Shown: one piece after another, positions 10,761 to 20,579 of the stretch | Position numbering within the stretch: position 1 is the stretch's first letter | Layout: every line of letters starts with the position of its first letter | DNA from: Candidatus Parcubacteria bacterium | GTDB taxonomy: Bacteria > Patescibacteriota > Patescibacteriia > Patescibacteriales > UBA12465 | Length of the DNA stretch: 64,000 bases | Reading direction: 5' to 3' | NCBI GenBank assembly: GCA_023444045.1 | Contig: JAEZRQ010000002.1 | Span: forward strand, 76,102 to 140,101 | Made by a program: the position numbers and the translations under genes | Notes under the pieces: model-generated | Database searches by the model: none | What the model was told of the DNA's origin: nothing | The model's input: the letters and a program-made list of their open reading frames with translations, nothing else

Positions 10761-11624
10761 ATGAATAATAAATTTCTATCATCAGGACATAATGCTTGCG
10801 CTGGTTGCGGTGAACTATCGGCGGCTCAAGCGGTGATGCGCGGACTCACTAAACAAACCATTATTGCTAATGCGACCGGTTGTTTAGAGGTGACTACTAC
10901 CGCTTACCCTCAAAGCGCTTGGGGATTACCCTGGATTCATTCTTTGTTTGAAAATGCTTCTTCGGTCGCTTCTGGAATACTTGCTGCTTTAAAACAAAAA
11001 AATGATAAAGAAACAAAAGTAGTTGTTTTTGGTGGTGATGGCGGAACCTATGATATCGGTTTTGGACAAATTTCCGGCATGTGGGAAAGAGGAGAAAATA
11101 TTTTATACATTTGCTTTGATACCGAAGCTTATTCTAATACTGGCATCCAAGCTTCTGGGTCCACCCCATATGGTGCCGCAACTACCACCACACCAAACGG
11201 ATTAAATTCTATTGGATCAAACACACAAAAAAAAGATATGATTGGCGTTGCCTTAGCTCATGGTCTAAAATATATCGCTCAAAGTACTGCTGGTTTCCCA
11301 GATGATATTACTAATAAAGTAAAAAGGGCATTAACAATAACTGGCCCTAGTTATATTCAAATATTATCCCCTTGTATTCCCGGTTGGAAAATAAATTACG
11401 ATGAAGCTGGTGAGATGGGTAAGTTAGCCGCCCAAACCGGACTGTACCCACTCCTTGAATATATTGACGGGAAATTAACTTCATCAAATATTAAAGAGGG
11501 GTTTAAAAATAAGCCTGTTGCTGACTATCTATTAAAACAGGGTCGTTTTAAACATTTAAAAGAAGAGGAAATAACGGTTATTCAAAAATTAGCTGATGAA
11601 AATATTTTAAAATGTAAAATATGA
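10761..11624 (+). CDS. porB: POR beta subunit (TPP-binding)
   Basis: GHNACAGCGE and the GGDGGTYDIG TPP motif. Confidence 0.85.
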   Translation: MNNKFLSSGHNACAGCGELSAAQAVMRGLTKQTIIANATGCLEVTTTAYPQSAWGLPWIHSLFENASSVASGILAALKQKNDKETKVVVFGGDGGTYDIGFGQISGMWERGENILYICFDTEAYSNTGIQASGSTPYGAATTTTPNGLNSIGSNTQKKDMIGVALAHGLKYIAQSTAGFPDDITNKVKRALTITGPSYIQILSPCIPGWKINYDEAGEMGKLAAQTGLYPLLEYIDGKLTSSNIKEGFKNKPVADYLLKQGRFKHLKEEEITVIQKLADENILKCKI

Positions 11625-12961
11625 AAAAAATATTAATCTCTTTTATTTTTGTTATATCAGTATTCTTTGTTTTTAGCGCTACTCAAGCTTCAGCTGCCTG
11701 CTATTGGGTAAAAAAAGAAACATATTATGATACAGTAAAAAGAGAAACCGTTATTAAGGGTGGTTGCGCTGCCATACAAACAGAAAAAAGTGATAGCAGC
11801 TGCTCTGGTACCAAACCTAAATATGACTCATCTGATGGGATTGCTCGGGTGGCTGTCTGTTGTTGCGATAAGAGTGAGGCAAACACTGCAACCGCAAAAG
11901 ATACTTGCTCTTGGCAGATATCGAAATCATATTATGATACTGCCTCTAGAGAAACTGTTAAAACTACTTGCAGTACCGGCACAGCTCTTTACGGTGATAA
12001 CAATTGTTCTACCCCAAAACCAGAAAACAAAACTTCTAATGGAATTGCGGAGACACCTATTTGCTGCTGTAAGGCTGGTGTTACCGCCAAAAGCCAAACA
12101 AAAGCTGCTCCTAGATTTATAATGCCAGAGTTTCAAATAAAAATTCCTGGCCTTAATAAACTAAGTGATGTAAGTTGTGCTAATGGAGTCTGTAAGATAC
12201 CGTGGATATCAGAATATACTTTTGCCGTGTATGAATACGGCCTATCTATTGCGGGAATTTTAGGTGTTTTAATCCTGATGGCGGCCGGTCTTCTCTGGAT
12301 TGTTTCAGGCGGCGATCAAAACAAAATAACCAAAGCTAAAAAAATGATTTTTGGCAGCATAGTCGGTTTAATTATACTTGTCGGAGCAAATTTACTTCTA
12401 ACAAATATAAATCCCGACTTAGCTGAGTCAAAAACTATTAATATTGGTTATGTAGAAAGAATTGAATTAGAGAAAGATGTTGATATTATGGTGGTTGGTG
12501 GTGTAACTGGTTATTTAGCTGGTTGTAAAGCTGCTAAAAATGGGGATTTATCAGTTTGCGAAGCTTATGGAAACGCTGAGCCAGGAGGATTGATTGATGC
12601 CCCAGGGAAAAAAGGCACCATCAGGATTAAAGCGGATGTCTACCAAAAATATCAAGCGGTCATGGAATGCGTTCGTCAAAAAAATAATGGTCAAGATTTG
12701 TTTGTAATCAACGAAGCGTTTCGTTCGGCTGCTGAGCAAATCCGCTTAAAGGAACAAGGATACCCCGCCGCAACTCCATGCTGCTCAAATCACAGCTCTG
12801 GACAAGCAATGGATATCCACCGCAAAGATGGTAATAAAATGACTTGGGAATATAATATATCTTCTGGCTTAAAAGAATGCATGAATGCTCAAGGTCTATA
12901 TGCAAACCTTAACAAAGCCCCTTATGATGAACCTTGGCATTGGTCACCAACCGGAAAATAA
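11621..12961 (+). CDS. Cys-rich repeat + T4SS-pilin-like core + C-terminal M15 (VanY/LAS-type) peptidase fusion protein
   Basis: Signal peptide, then two internal Cys-rich repeats (CYWVKKETYYDTVKRETV…VCCC and CSWQISKSYYDTASRETV…ICCC). The helix pair is paralogous to the one in 9669..10748. The C-terminus has SNHSSGQAMDI and EPWHW, which look like metal ligands of D-Ala-D-Ala carboxypeptidase-type M15 enzymes. ATGA overlap with porB. Confidence 0.65.
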   Translation: MKKILISFIFVISVFFVFSATQASAACYWVKKETYYDTVKRETVIKGGCAAIQTEKSDSSCSGTKPKYDSSDGIARVAVCCCDKSEANTATAKDTCSWQISKSYYDTASRETVKTTCSTGTALYGDNNCSTPKPENKTSNGIAETPICCCKAGVTAKSQTKAAPRFIMPEFQIKIPGLNKLSDVSCANGVCKIPWISEYTFAVYEYGLSIAGILGVLILMAAGLLWIVSGGDQNKITKAKKMIFGSIVGLIILVGANLLLTNINPDLAESKTINIGYVERIELEKDVDIMVVGGVTGYLAGCKAAKNGDLSVCEAYGNAEPGGLIDAPGKKGTIRIKADVYQKYQAVMECVRQKNNGQDLFVINEAFRSAAEQIRLKEQGYPAATPCCSNHSSGQAMDIHRKDGNKMTWEYNISSGLKECMNAQGLYANLNKAPYDEPWHWSPTGK

Positions 12962-12976
12962 TTTTAAACACTAATA

Positions 12977-13006
12977 AAAAAGACCTTTTAAAAAGGTCTT
13001 TTTTAT
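12977..13006. terminator. bidirectional intrinsic terminator between convergent genes
   Basis: Palindrome aaaaagaccttttaaaaaggtctttttt between the 446-aa gene and rnhA. Confidence 0.7.
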
Positions 13007-13407
13007 TTACCTCTATCCATAGCGAGATTAGCTAAGTGATCAGCTTCTTTGTTATATTCTCGTCTAACGTGGTGATAAGTAATTTTTTTAAAAGAAAGTG
13101 AGAGGTTGTGAATTTGTAAAAACAGTGGCGCCAGTTCAGCATTTTTTACTTTATATTCTCTGTTAAGCTGTTTAACCACTAATTCACTATCTAAATAACA
13201 TTCCAGTTCTTCACCTTTTAGCTCTTTAGCTTTTTCAAGAGCAGCAATTAGAGCCCGATATTCCGCTTGATTATTAGTTGTCTCTCCTAAGTATTTAGAA
13301 ATCTCTGCCAAAACAACCCCTGCTTCAGAAGTTAAAACCGCACCAATTCCTGCCGGCCCTGGGTTGCCGCGTGCACCTCCATCACTATGAATAATTATTT
13401 TTTTCAT
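13003..13407 (-). CDS. rnhA: ribonuclease HI
   Basis: HSDGGARGNPGPAGIG, NNQAEYRALI and the C-terminal NKEADHLAN acidic residues of the RNase H fold. Confidence 0.85.
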   Translation of the reverse strand: MKKIIIHSDGGARGNPGPAGIGAVLTSEAGVVLAEISKYLGETTNNQAEYRALIAALEKAKELKGEELECYLDSELVVKQLNREYKVKNAELAPLFLQIHNLSLSFKKITYHHVRREYNKEADHLANLAMDRGK

Positions 13408-13410
13408 ACT

Positions 13411-15225
13411 TTAATTATTTGTTAAATTAGGCCTTAAGTCAACTAAGCGCAATTGCGCTTCCCGGCGCCCATTAAATTCGTTTATTTCTAAATAATAGAC
13501 AGCATCAACCAAATCACCAACCGAAACAGCTTTATACTCCTGAGCGGAACCGAAAGAAATTGCCCAAATTCCTTTAGCGAAATTTTTCTCAGCGGATGAT
13601 AAACGAAATTTAATATGTTGATTATCAAATCCCAGGACTACGATTTCATCAACCCTTAAGCGATAGCTAACGAATTTCGGTTGTTGGTTATTCTGTCCAT
13701 AGGGAGCCAGCAGAAGGGTCTCCTCAATTAAATTTAAATTAATATCATCAATACTTAACTCCGCCTCAATTCTAAGACGTGGTGATAACTCCTTGCCACT
13801 TAATTCCCTCTTGGCAATAGTTAGAATTTTCTCTTTAAATTTTTCCAAACGCTCTTCGCTCTCCACCGAAAAACCACAAGCCATTGGGTGCCCACCATAC
13901 TTATCTAAAAATTCTGAAGCCTCATTGATACTGGCAATTAAATTTAATTCTTCAATTGAACGGCCCGAAGCTTTAAAAGAAGTTTTTGTTTTTCCATCTT
14001 CCTCCTCAGTAATTCTAGAAATAATTAAAGTTGGTCGGTAATATTTTTCACAAATTCGACCAGCCACCAAGCCAATAACCCCTTCATTCCAAATTTGATC
14101 ACAACTAGCCATGCCAATAATAATTGGCGGGATATTATTAGGGTCTATCTGCTCCTCCACTTGAAAAATAATATCTTCGGTAATTTTTTGGCGATCGGTA
14201 TTTCTTTGATTAAGCTCTGCCGCTAAATCTGCAGCATCTATTTCGTTATCGGTAGTTAAAAGAGCAAAAGCATTATTGGCGTGACCCAAACGACTAGCCG
14301 CATTTAAACGAGGTCCTATTTGCCAACCAACATTCCAAGCTTCTAACTTCTTGTTATTACCGCCCTTAGAGAGCTTGATTAATTCATTAAGCCCTAAACG
14401 GCGCCCCTGATTTAAAAATTTAAGTCCCTGTTTTACTAACAATCTATTTTCGCCCAATAAAGATACCATATCAGCGATGGTGCCAACTGCTACTAAATCT
14501 AAACACTTCTCAATAATTAGTTTCTTTTGCGGAGTTGATATTTTTGCCTTATAAACTAAAGCACTAACCAGTTTAAAAGAGACCCCGACTCCAGCTAAAT
14601 ATGGCCAGGGGTATGAATCATTTTTATCTGCTGGATTAATATATAGACATTGAGGCAGGTCACTTTCCGCTTCCGGTAAAGTATGGTGATCGGTGACAAT
14701 AATATCCAGTCCATTATTTTTTGCATAAGCCACTTCTTCTTTGTTTCTAATACCATTATCTACTGTAATAAGCAGTGAAGCCCCCTGCTTAATTAACTGA
14801 TCAATTGCACTGATATTTAAGCCATAGCCTTCACTCACTCTATCAGGCAGATAAACCTCTACTTTAGCTTGTAATATTTTTAAAGTTTCAAAAAGGATGG
14901 CTGATGAAGTAACACCGTCAGCATCATAGTCACCATAGACAATAATCTTCTTTCCCTCTTTTATATTATTAATAATAAGATCAACTGCTGCGGCCATATC
15001 ACGAAATAAAAAAGGATTGTAGAAACTTAGATCTGGTACGCCGGCAATATCTAATACTTTTTCACTTGGCAAAATATCATATAAAAAAGACTTAATCGCT
15101 TCTTCCTCCTTGATATCCCTGTTATAGAGCAACTGTAAAATCGTTTTAGATAGCCCAAGATTTTGATTCAAAAAACCATCTGGAGCAGCTTCATATAATT
15201 GCCATTTTTTAGAAACTTGTATCAT
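13411..15225 (-). CDS. recJ: single-stranded-DNA-specific exonuclease RecJ
   Basis: DHH family motifs (DYDADGVTS, VTDHH) and 604 aa of RecJ-like architecture. Confidence 0.9.
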   Translation of the reverse strand: MIQVSKKWQLYEAAPDGFLNQNLGLSKTILQLLYNRDIKEEEAIKSFLYDILPSEKVLDIAGVPDLSFYNPFLFRDMAAAVDLIINNIKEGKKIIVYGDYDADGVTSSAILFETLKILQAKVEVYLPDRVSEGYGLNISAIDQLIKQGASLLITVDNGIRNKEEVAYAKNNGLDIIVTDHHTLPEAESDLPQCLYINPADKNDSYPWPYLAGVGVSFKLVSALVYKAKISTPQKKLIIEKCLDLVAVGTIADMVSLLGENRLLVKQGLKFLNQGRRLGLNELIKLSKGGNNKKLEAWNVGWQIGPRLNAASRLGHANNAFALLTTDNEIDAADLAAELNQRNTDRQKITEDIIFQVEEQIDPNNIPPIIIGMASCDQIWNEGVIGLVAGRICEKYYRPTLIISRITEEEDGKTKTSFKASGRSIEELNLIASINEASEFLDKYGGHPMACGFSVESEERLEKFKEKILTIAKRELSGKELSPRLRIEAELSIDDINLNLIEETLLLAPYGQNNQQPKFVSYRLRVDEIVVLGFDNQHIKFRLSSAEKNFAKGIWAISFGSAQEYKAVSVGDLVDAVYYLEINEFNGRREAQLRLVDLRPNLTNN

Positions 15226-15229
15226 TTAG

Positions 15230-15328
15230 TTAAAATAAAACAGACCCCAGGGATAAGGCAACCATTGAGGTAATGACAATCACTGAAACGATTACCCAAA
15301 AAATCCTAAACATTTTTTTTCTTTTCAT
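15230..15328 (-). CDS. possible 32-aa single-TM peptide (below ORF-track cutoff)
   Basis: ATG at 15328 gives MKRKKMFRIFWVIVSVIVITSMVALSLGSVLF*. It fills the lepA-recJ gap exactly. There is no other support. Confidence 0.25.
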   Translation of the reverse strand: MKRKKMFRIFWVIVSVIVITSMVALSLGSVLF

Positions 15329-15330
15329 AC

Positions 15331-17154
15331 TTATCTCTTTAAAATTTTAATAAAAGTATCAGGGGGAATATCAACCCGACCACGACCAAGCGCCATCATT
15401 TTTTTCTTACCTTTTTTTTGTTTATCTAACAATTTATTCTTTCTAGTGACATCACCACCGTACAATTTTGCAGTAACATCCTTTCTCATGGCACTAATTC
15501 TTTCAGAGGCAATAACTTTACCACCAATCGCTGCCTGAAGTTTAATGACAAACATTTGTCGGGGAATAGTATCTTTTAAAATCTCCACCACTTCTCGCCC
15601 TTGACGATAAGCATCATCGCGATAAACAATAGTGGCTAGTGATTCTACAATATCTTCAGCGACCATAATATCCATTTTCACAACATCCGCCTTACGGTAC
15701 TCTAAAAATTCATAATTAATAGAAGCATAACCAGCAGAAACGCTTTTTATTTTGTCATAATAATCAGTTAAAATAGCCGACATTGGAATATCATAGTGAA
15801 GAATAACACGCGCCTCATCTCCTTCTACAGAGATATATTCGGTATTCTTATAAATCCCTCTTTTCTCTTGCGTCACCTTCATAATTCCCCCTAAGTAAAC
15901 CTTAGGAGTAATAATATCTAAAGTTACAATCGGCTCTTCAATATAATCAATATGATTCGGATCAGGCAATCTCTGTGGCGTACGGACGACAATTTCTTCA
16001 CCACCTTTTTTATAAACTTTATAAGCTACACTAGGAACAGTGACAATTAAATCTAAATTATATTCACGACGCAGACGTTCTTGAAAAATTTCTAAATGTA
16101 GTAAACCTAAGAAACCACAACGGAAACCAACACCAATAGCATCTGATTGTTCTGGTTCGTAGGCCAAGGCCGCATCATTTAATTTTAATTTCTCCATGGC
16201 GTCTCTTAGATTCTGCAGATTATCACCCTCGCTAGGAAAGATGCCGGCAAAAACCATAGGTTTTACTTCTTTGTAACCAGAAAGTGGTTTTACCTCTTTA
16301 ACATTAGAAACACCAATATTAGCGGTAAGAGTATCACCAACACGGCAATCACCAACTTGTTTAAAGCCGGTAACAATATAGCCAATTTCCCCCTGCTTAA
16401 GTTCCCCAGTTGAAAAATAATCTGGTCTAAACACGCCAATATCTAAAACTTCTGAAATTGCCCCAGTGGCGATTAATTTTATCTTATCACCTTTTTTTAT
16501 CTGACCATCAAAAACTCTAATATAAGCCACCACCCCCTTATACTCATCATATTTAGAATCAAAAATAAGGGCCCGAGGATAGTCTTGTTTTTTTTCACCT
16601 AACAATTCTGTTGGTGGTAAGCCATATTTAATGACCGCTTGCAGAACTTCTTCAACACCTTCACCAGTTTTACCAGAGCAACAAATAATCTCCTCTTCTT
16701 TGCAGCCAAGTAGCCTAACAATCTCTGCTTTAGTTTTTACAATATCAGCCGCCGGTAAGTCAATCTTATTAACTACTGGGATAATAGTTAGGTCCTGCTC
16801 TAGAGCCAAATATAAATTAGCTAAAGTCTGAGCTTGAATTCCCTGAGTACAGTCCACTAACAAAACCGCCGCTTCAACAGCCGCGAGTGACCGGGAAACT
16901 TCATAAGAAAAGTCAACGTGCCCTGGAGTATCAATTAAATTTAGTTGATAGCCATCATAACTCATTGTTACTGGCTGTAACTTAATGGTAATCCCCCGCT
17001 CCCGTTCAATATCCATGCCATCTAGAATCTGATTTTTCATCTTTCTCTTATCAACAGTTCCCGTAATTTCTAACATTCTATCAGCCAAAGTTGACTTACC
17101 ATGATCAATATGGGCAATGATACAGAAATTTCTAATTTTATCTAAATTATTCAT
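15331..17154 (-). CDS. lepA: translation elongation factor 4 (LepA)
   Basis: IRNFCIIAHIDHGKSTLADR G1 motif, DTPGHVDF, and a LepA-specific C-terminus. Confidence 0.95.
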   Translation of the reverse strand: MNNLDKIRNFCIIAHIDHGKSTLADRMLEITGTVDKRKMKNQILDGMDIERERGITIKLQPVTMSYDGYQLNLIDTPGHVDFSYEVSRSLAAVEAAVLLVDCTQGIQAQTLANLYLALEQDLTIIPVVNKIDLPAADIVKTKAEIVRLLGCKEEEIICCSGKTGEGVEEVLQAVIKYGLPPTELLGEKKQDYPRALIFDSKYDEYKGVVAYIRVFDGQIKKGDKIKLIATGAISEVLDIGVFRPDYFSTGELKQGEIGYIVTGFKQVGDCRVGDTLTANIGVSNVKEVKPLSGYKEVKPMVFAGIFPSEGDNLQNLRDAMEKLKLNDAALAYEPEQSDAIGVGFRCGFLGLLHLEIFQERLRREYNLDLIVTVPSVAYKVYKKGGEEIVVRTPQRLPDPNHIDYIEEPIVTLDIITPKVYLGGIMKVTQEKRGIYKNTEYISVEGDEARVILHYDIPMSAILTDYYDKIKSVSAGYASINYEFLEYRKADVVKMDIMVAEDIVESLATIVYRDDAYRQGREVVEILKDTIPRQMFVIKLQAAIGGKVIASERISAMRKDVTAKLYGGDVTRKNKLLDKQKKGKKKMMALGRGRVDIPPDTFIKILKR

Positions 17155-17196
17155 CGTGTTTATCTTACTTTATTTTAATCTGCTGGTCAATTAAAA

Positions 17197-18828
17197 TTAA
17201 TTACTCCTAGCAGTACTAGAATCCTCCAAATTATTAGTTTTTATATTCATCTTGCGGCGAACAGAATTAATAAAAGTAAGCAATTCTTCACTGCCAAAGA
17301 GATAGCAAAGAAGTAAATAAACCAGAATCCCGGCCAATGAAGCGCCTACTAATTGGGTTAATACGCCAGTAAATCTCGTCATATCAATTAGGGGAGCGAT
17401 GACAATTTTCATTAATTGAATAGTTAAGCCTGCCCCGATACCTGACAGAGAAAATTTAATAGTTGAATTAGCGATTTTAGCAATCCCTAGGTTACCAATC
17501 TTAATATGCATGAAAGTCCACAGTAGAACAAAATTTAAAATATTAGCAATTGAATAAGCTAAGGCTAAACCAATTACCCCCATTCTATTAGCCAACACAA
17601 CACCTAGTATAATATTTACAATAATAGTTACCAAACTAAGATAAAAAGGAGTCTTTGAATCTTGCCTTGCATAAAAAACTCTGATTAAAAGAGGGATAGA
17701 GGCTTGAGCAAATAAGCTGATAGAAAAAAGAGCTAGGCTGTTCATTGTTAAAATGGTGTCCTGCCAATTAAATTGCCCCGCACCCAAAACGACACGAATA
17801 ATCTGAGCCCTTAGAGTAATTAAAAAAATTGTTGCTGGGACGACAAAGAAAAATATCTGTCTGATGGTTGAGGAAAAGTTACTCTCCAATTTTTCTTTGT
17901 CATGAGCATATTGAGAAAGTGCTGGGAAAGCGGCAATCGCAAACGAAATTCCAAAGATGCCAACCGGAAATGATTGTAAGTTGTTAGCTAAATTAAAAAT
18001 TGTTAGAGAGCCAGATGATAATCCAGAGGCGATAACGGTAGTTACCAGTAATCCGAGTTGGGTTACCGCCAAACTTAGGGTTCTAGGAATCATTAATTTG
18101 CCAATCTTAAAGGTAGCAGCGTCTTTCCAGTTTAATTTAAAATAATACTTAAATCCTAAAGAATAAACAGCGGGGATTTGGATGGCCATATGGAAAAAAG
18201 CACCTAAAACAACACCCCAAGCTAGTCCAGGGAGCCCCAGATAATCAGTGAAATAAAGAGCTCCAAAAATGATTCCTAAGTTATAAAAAATAGGAGCTAA
18301 GGAATAGATAAGAAATCTTCTAAATGATTGCAAAATTCCACCCAAGACCCCAGAAATACCTAAAAATAGCGGCGACAAAAACATTATCCTAGTTAGAAGA
18401 ACTGTTGATTCCTGGGCCGACTGGGAAAAACCGGGCGTGATTAAACTCACTAATTCTGGAGTAAAAATTACTCCTAATAAGGAGAATGATAAGAGGAGTA
18501 GAGACAGAAAATTAAGAACATTAGAAGCTAAATGCCAAGCTTCTTCATTTTCCGATGTTTGTTTAGGATCAGAAAAGTTTTTAATTAAAGAACTAAAAAT
18601 GGGAATAAAACCAGCTGAAAGCGCCCCTAAAACAACTAGGTTAAATAATAAATCAGGTACCCTAAAAGCGGCATAATAAATATCTAACTGCTCACCAGCA
18701 CCAAATTCACTAGCTAAAATACGATCTCTAAAAATACCAAGAATTCTAGAAAATAAAGAAGAGGTGGCCACTAAAATGGCCGCAATGGTAATACTATTAG
18801 CTTTCTGTTTAAAAATTTTTTTGAACAT
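17197..18828 (-). CDS. murJ: lipid II flippase MurJ (MviN family)
   Basis: Polytopic membrane protein with the N-terminal LSRILGIFRDRILASEFGAG…YYAAFRVPD signature. Confidence 0.85.
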   Translation of the reverse strand: MFKKIFKQKANSITIAAILVATSSLFSRILGIFRDRILASEFGAGEQLDIYYAAFRVPDLLFNLVVLGALSAGFIPIFSSLIKNFSDPKQTSENEEAWHLASNVLNFLSLLLLSFSLLGVIFTPELVSLITPGFSQSAQESTVLLTRIMFLSPLFLGISGVLGGILQSFRRFLIYSLAPIFYNLGIIFGALYFTDYLGLPGLAWGVVLGAFFHMAIQIPAVYSLGFKYYFKLNWKDAATFKIGKLMIPRTLSLAVTQLGLLVTTVIASGLSSGSLTIFNLANNLQSFPVGIFGISFAIAAFPALSQYAHDKEKLESNFSSTIRQIFFFVVPATIFLITLRAQIIRVVLGAGQFNWQDTILTMNSLALFSISLFAQASIPLLIRVFYARQDSKTPFYLSLVTIIVNIILGVVLANRMGVIGLALAYSIANILNFVLLWTFMHIKIGNLGIAKIANSTIKFSLSGIGAGLTIQLMKIVIAPLIDMTRFTGVLTQLVGASLAGILVYLLLCYLFGSEELLTFINSVRRKMNIKTNNLEDSSTARSN

Positions 18829-18832
18829 AATT

Positions 18833-19003
18833 TTACAAAAGCCAGAGCCAGAAAATAACCCAAACTACAAAAATATAATTAATATTAAAATAGGCTAGCA
18901 CACTACTTGGCCAAATAATCTCCGCTAAAAAAAATAATAGCAAAAGAGCTGATAAAAAATAAAAAATTAGTTTAATTATTTTCTTATTTATTTTAATTCC
19001 CAT
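18833..19003 (-). CDS. possible 56-aa two-TM membrane peptide (below ORF-track cutoff)
   Basis: MGIKINKKIIKLIFYFLSALLLLFFLAEIIWPSSVLAYFNINYIFVVWVIFWLWLL*. The start overlaps the stop of the upstream 499-aa gene by 11 nt, and it ends 4 nt before the murJ start. Confidence 0.35.
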   Translation of the reverse strand: MGIKINKKIIKLIFYFLSALLLLFFLAEIIWPSSVLAYFNINYIFVVWVIFWLWLL

Positions 19004-20492
19004 AGAAACCAAAAAATTCTTTTACTTTATCAAATATAGTCCGCCCCCTAAACTCTGCTTTAATTTCCTTAATTACTAAATAACCATCATTACTTAAAGA
19101 CAGTCCCGGAACAGAAAGAATAAAACTATATTTCCCGCGCTCTCGATACGCTTCTTTGGTATTTAAAACAACTGAAGCCTGTTTTAAACCATTTTTTAAA
19201 ATCAGAGGTTCTTTGTGTTTTGTAAGCAGAAACTGCAAATTGTCATCTAATGCAAAATGTCTATCAATATTAGTAAATTTATAATTAAAAAAACTATCTG
19301 AAGAGAAAGAGAATATGCCGTCGGTTTCTAAAATAATGTCACCTTTCTCCAATCTAATTGCTTTAACGCCATTTTCCTGATTTAAAAACTCAAATTGTTT
19401 ATATGGCTCAGGTAGAGAAAAACTTTTCTGGCCAAAATAAATGTTCTGTAAATTTGCCGGATCATTAACAGAGGCTTGAATAAAATTACTGTCGGTATAA
19501 AAAATTAGGGGAGCGGAATCTGTTTCAAGGGGTCTAATCCTATTAATCGCATTTAAAGCACCTGGCGCTTCTTTAATTTTTTTTATTACCACATCATCAT
19601 TAATCTTTATTTCTAAACGATAAAGGTAGCTATCACTATCTTCAGCTGCCCAAGAAAATGAAGTTGAAAAATTTCGCACTAAAGCACTTTCTTCCGCGCC
19701 AAAATCATCAACTATTTTTTGAGAATATACTTTATTAGAGTCTTTATAAATACTTATTTCTACCTGGTCAGCATCTTTATTTAAATTTAAATCAGCAAAA
19801 TCAAAAGAAAAATTAAAGTTTCTGCCTTCTGGTTTGATAAAATAAAATTGATGTGCTCCTTGTAAAGGAGTATTTATTTCTTTAAATCTTTTTTCTTGCC
19901 CGGAAAAATCTTCCGGTGGCAAATAAGCATCGGTATTTTTAAGATTATAAAAAGCCAAACAGCCTCTTAAATTATTTTGGCAAAGACTATCTGGTTTATT
20001 TTTTAAGGTAGTTAAAAAATCAGCTAAACTAGCAAACACCTTTTTTCTCTGAAATAATGTTAAATCGCCATCAGAAATCACATCCCAATCAGAAAAACTG
20101 GCTAATTTTTTATTCTCCAAAGAATCAAGTTGGTAGCGCCAAATAATATTATCAACCAAAACCCCGGCCTCAATCACTGGTGTGCTGGAAGATAAATAAT
20201 CCTCATAAACAAGGGTAATTTTAGCTTCATTAAAAGTACGAGAGGTAAAAATAGAAAAATAAACCGGATCAGCAAAAACCTTAGCGCCAGAAACATCTTG
20301 AACATCCACCCTTTCTACTGGAGTTAAGCGGCCAATAAAGCCTTTGCCGCCAAACAGACTTTGCTTGATTGGGTATTTTAAGGAATAAGATACTTTTCCA
20401 AGAGGCAACACCTTAAACCAGACAATTAGTCCGGCTATGATAAGCCACAATAAAATTAAAAAAAGGCTTATTTTCCTTGATTTCATAATCAT
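18993..20492 (-). CDS. N-terminally anchored hypothetical extracytoplasmic protein
   Basis: 499-aa ORF with a single N-terminal TM (ISLFLILLWLIIAGLIVWF). No recognised motif. Confidence 0.6.
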   Translation of the reverse strand: MIMKSRKISLFLILLWLIIAGLIVWFKVLPLGKVSYSLKYPIKQSLFGGKGFIGRLTPVERVDVQDVSGAKVFADPVYFSIFTSRTFNEAKITLVYEDYLSSSTPVIEAGVLVDNIIWRYQLDSLENKKLASFSDWDVISDGDLTLFQRKKVFASLADFLTTLKNKPDSLCQNNLRGCLAFYNLKNTDAYLPPEDFSGQEKRFKEINTPLQGAHQFYFIKPEGRNFNFSFDFADLNLNKDADQVEISIYKDSNKVYSQKIVDDFGAEESALVRNFSTSFSWAAEDSDSYLYRLEIKINDDVVIKKIKEAPGALNAINRIRPLETDSAPLIFYTDSNFIQASVNDPANLQNIYFGQKSFSLPEPYKQFEFLNQENGVKAIRLEKGDIILETDGIFSFSSDSFFNYKFTNIDRHFALDDNLQFLLTKHKEPLILKNGLKQASVVLNTKEAYRERGKYSFILSVPGLSLSNDGYLVIKEIKAEFRGRTIFDKVKEFFGFYGN

Positions 20493-20579
20493 ATTGTAAG
20501 GTATTTTATAGGAAAAAACAATGCCTAAAAATAAAAAATACCCCTAAAAGTAGGGGTATTTTTATCTAATATCAGAGAC

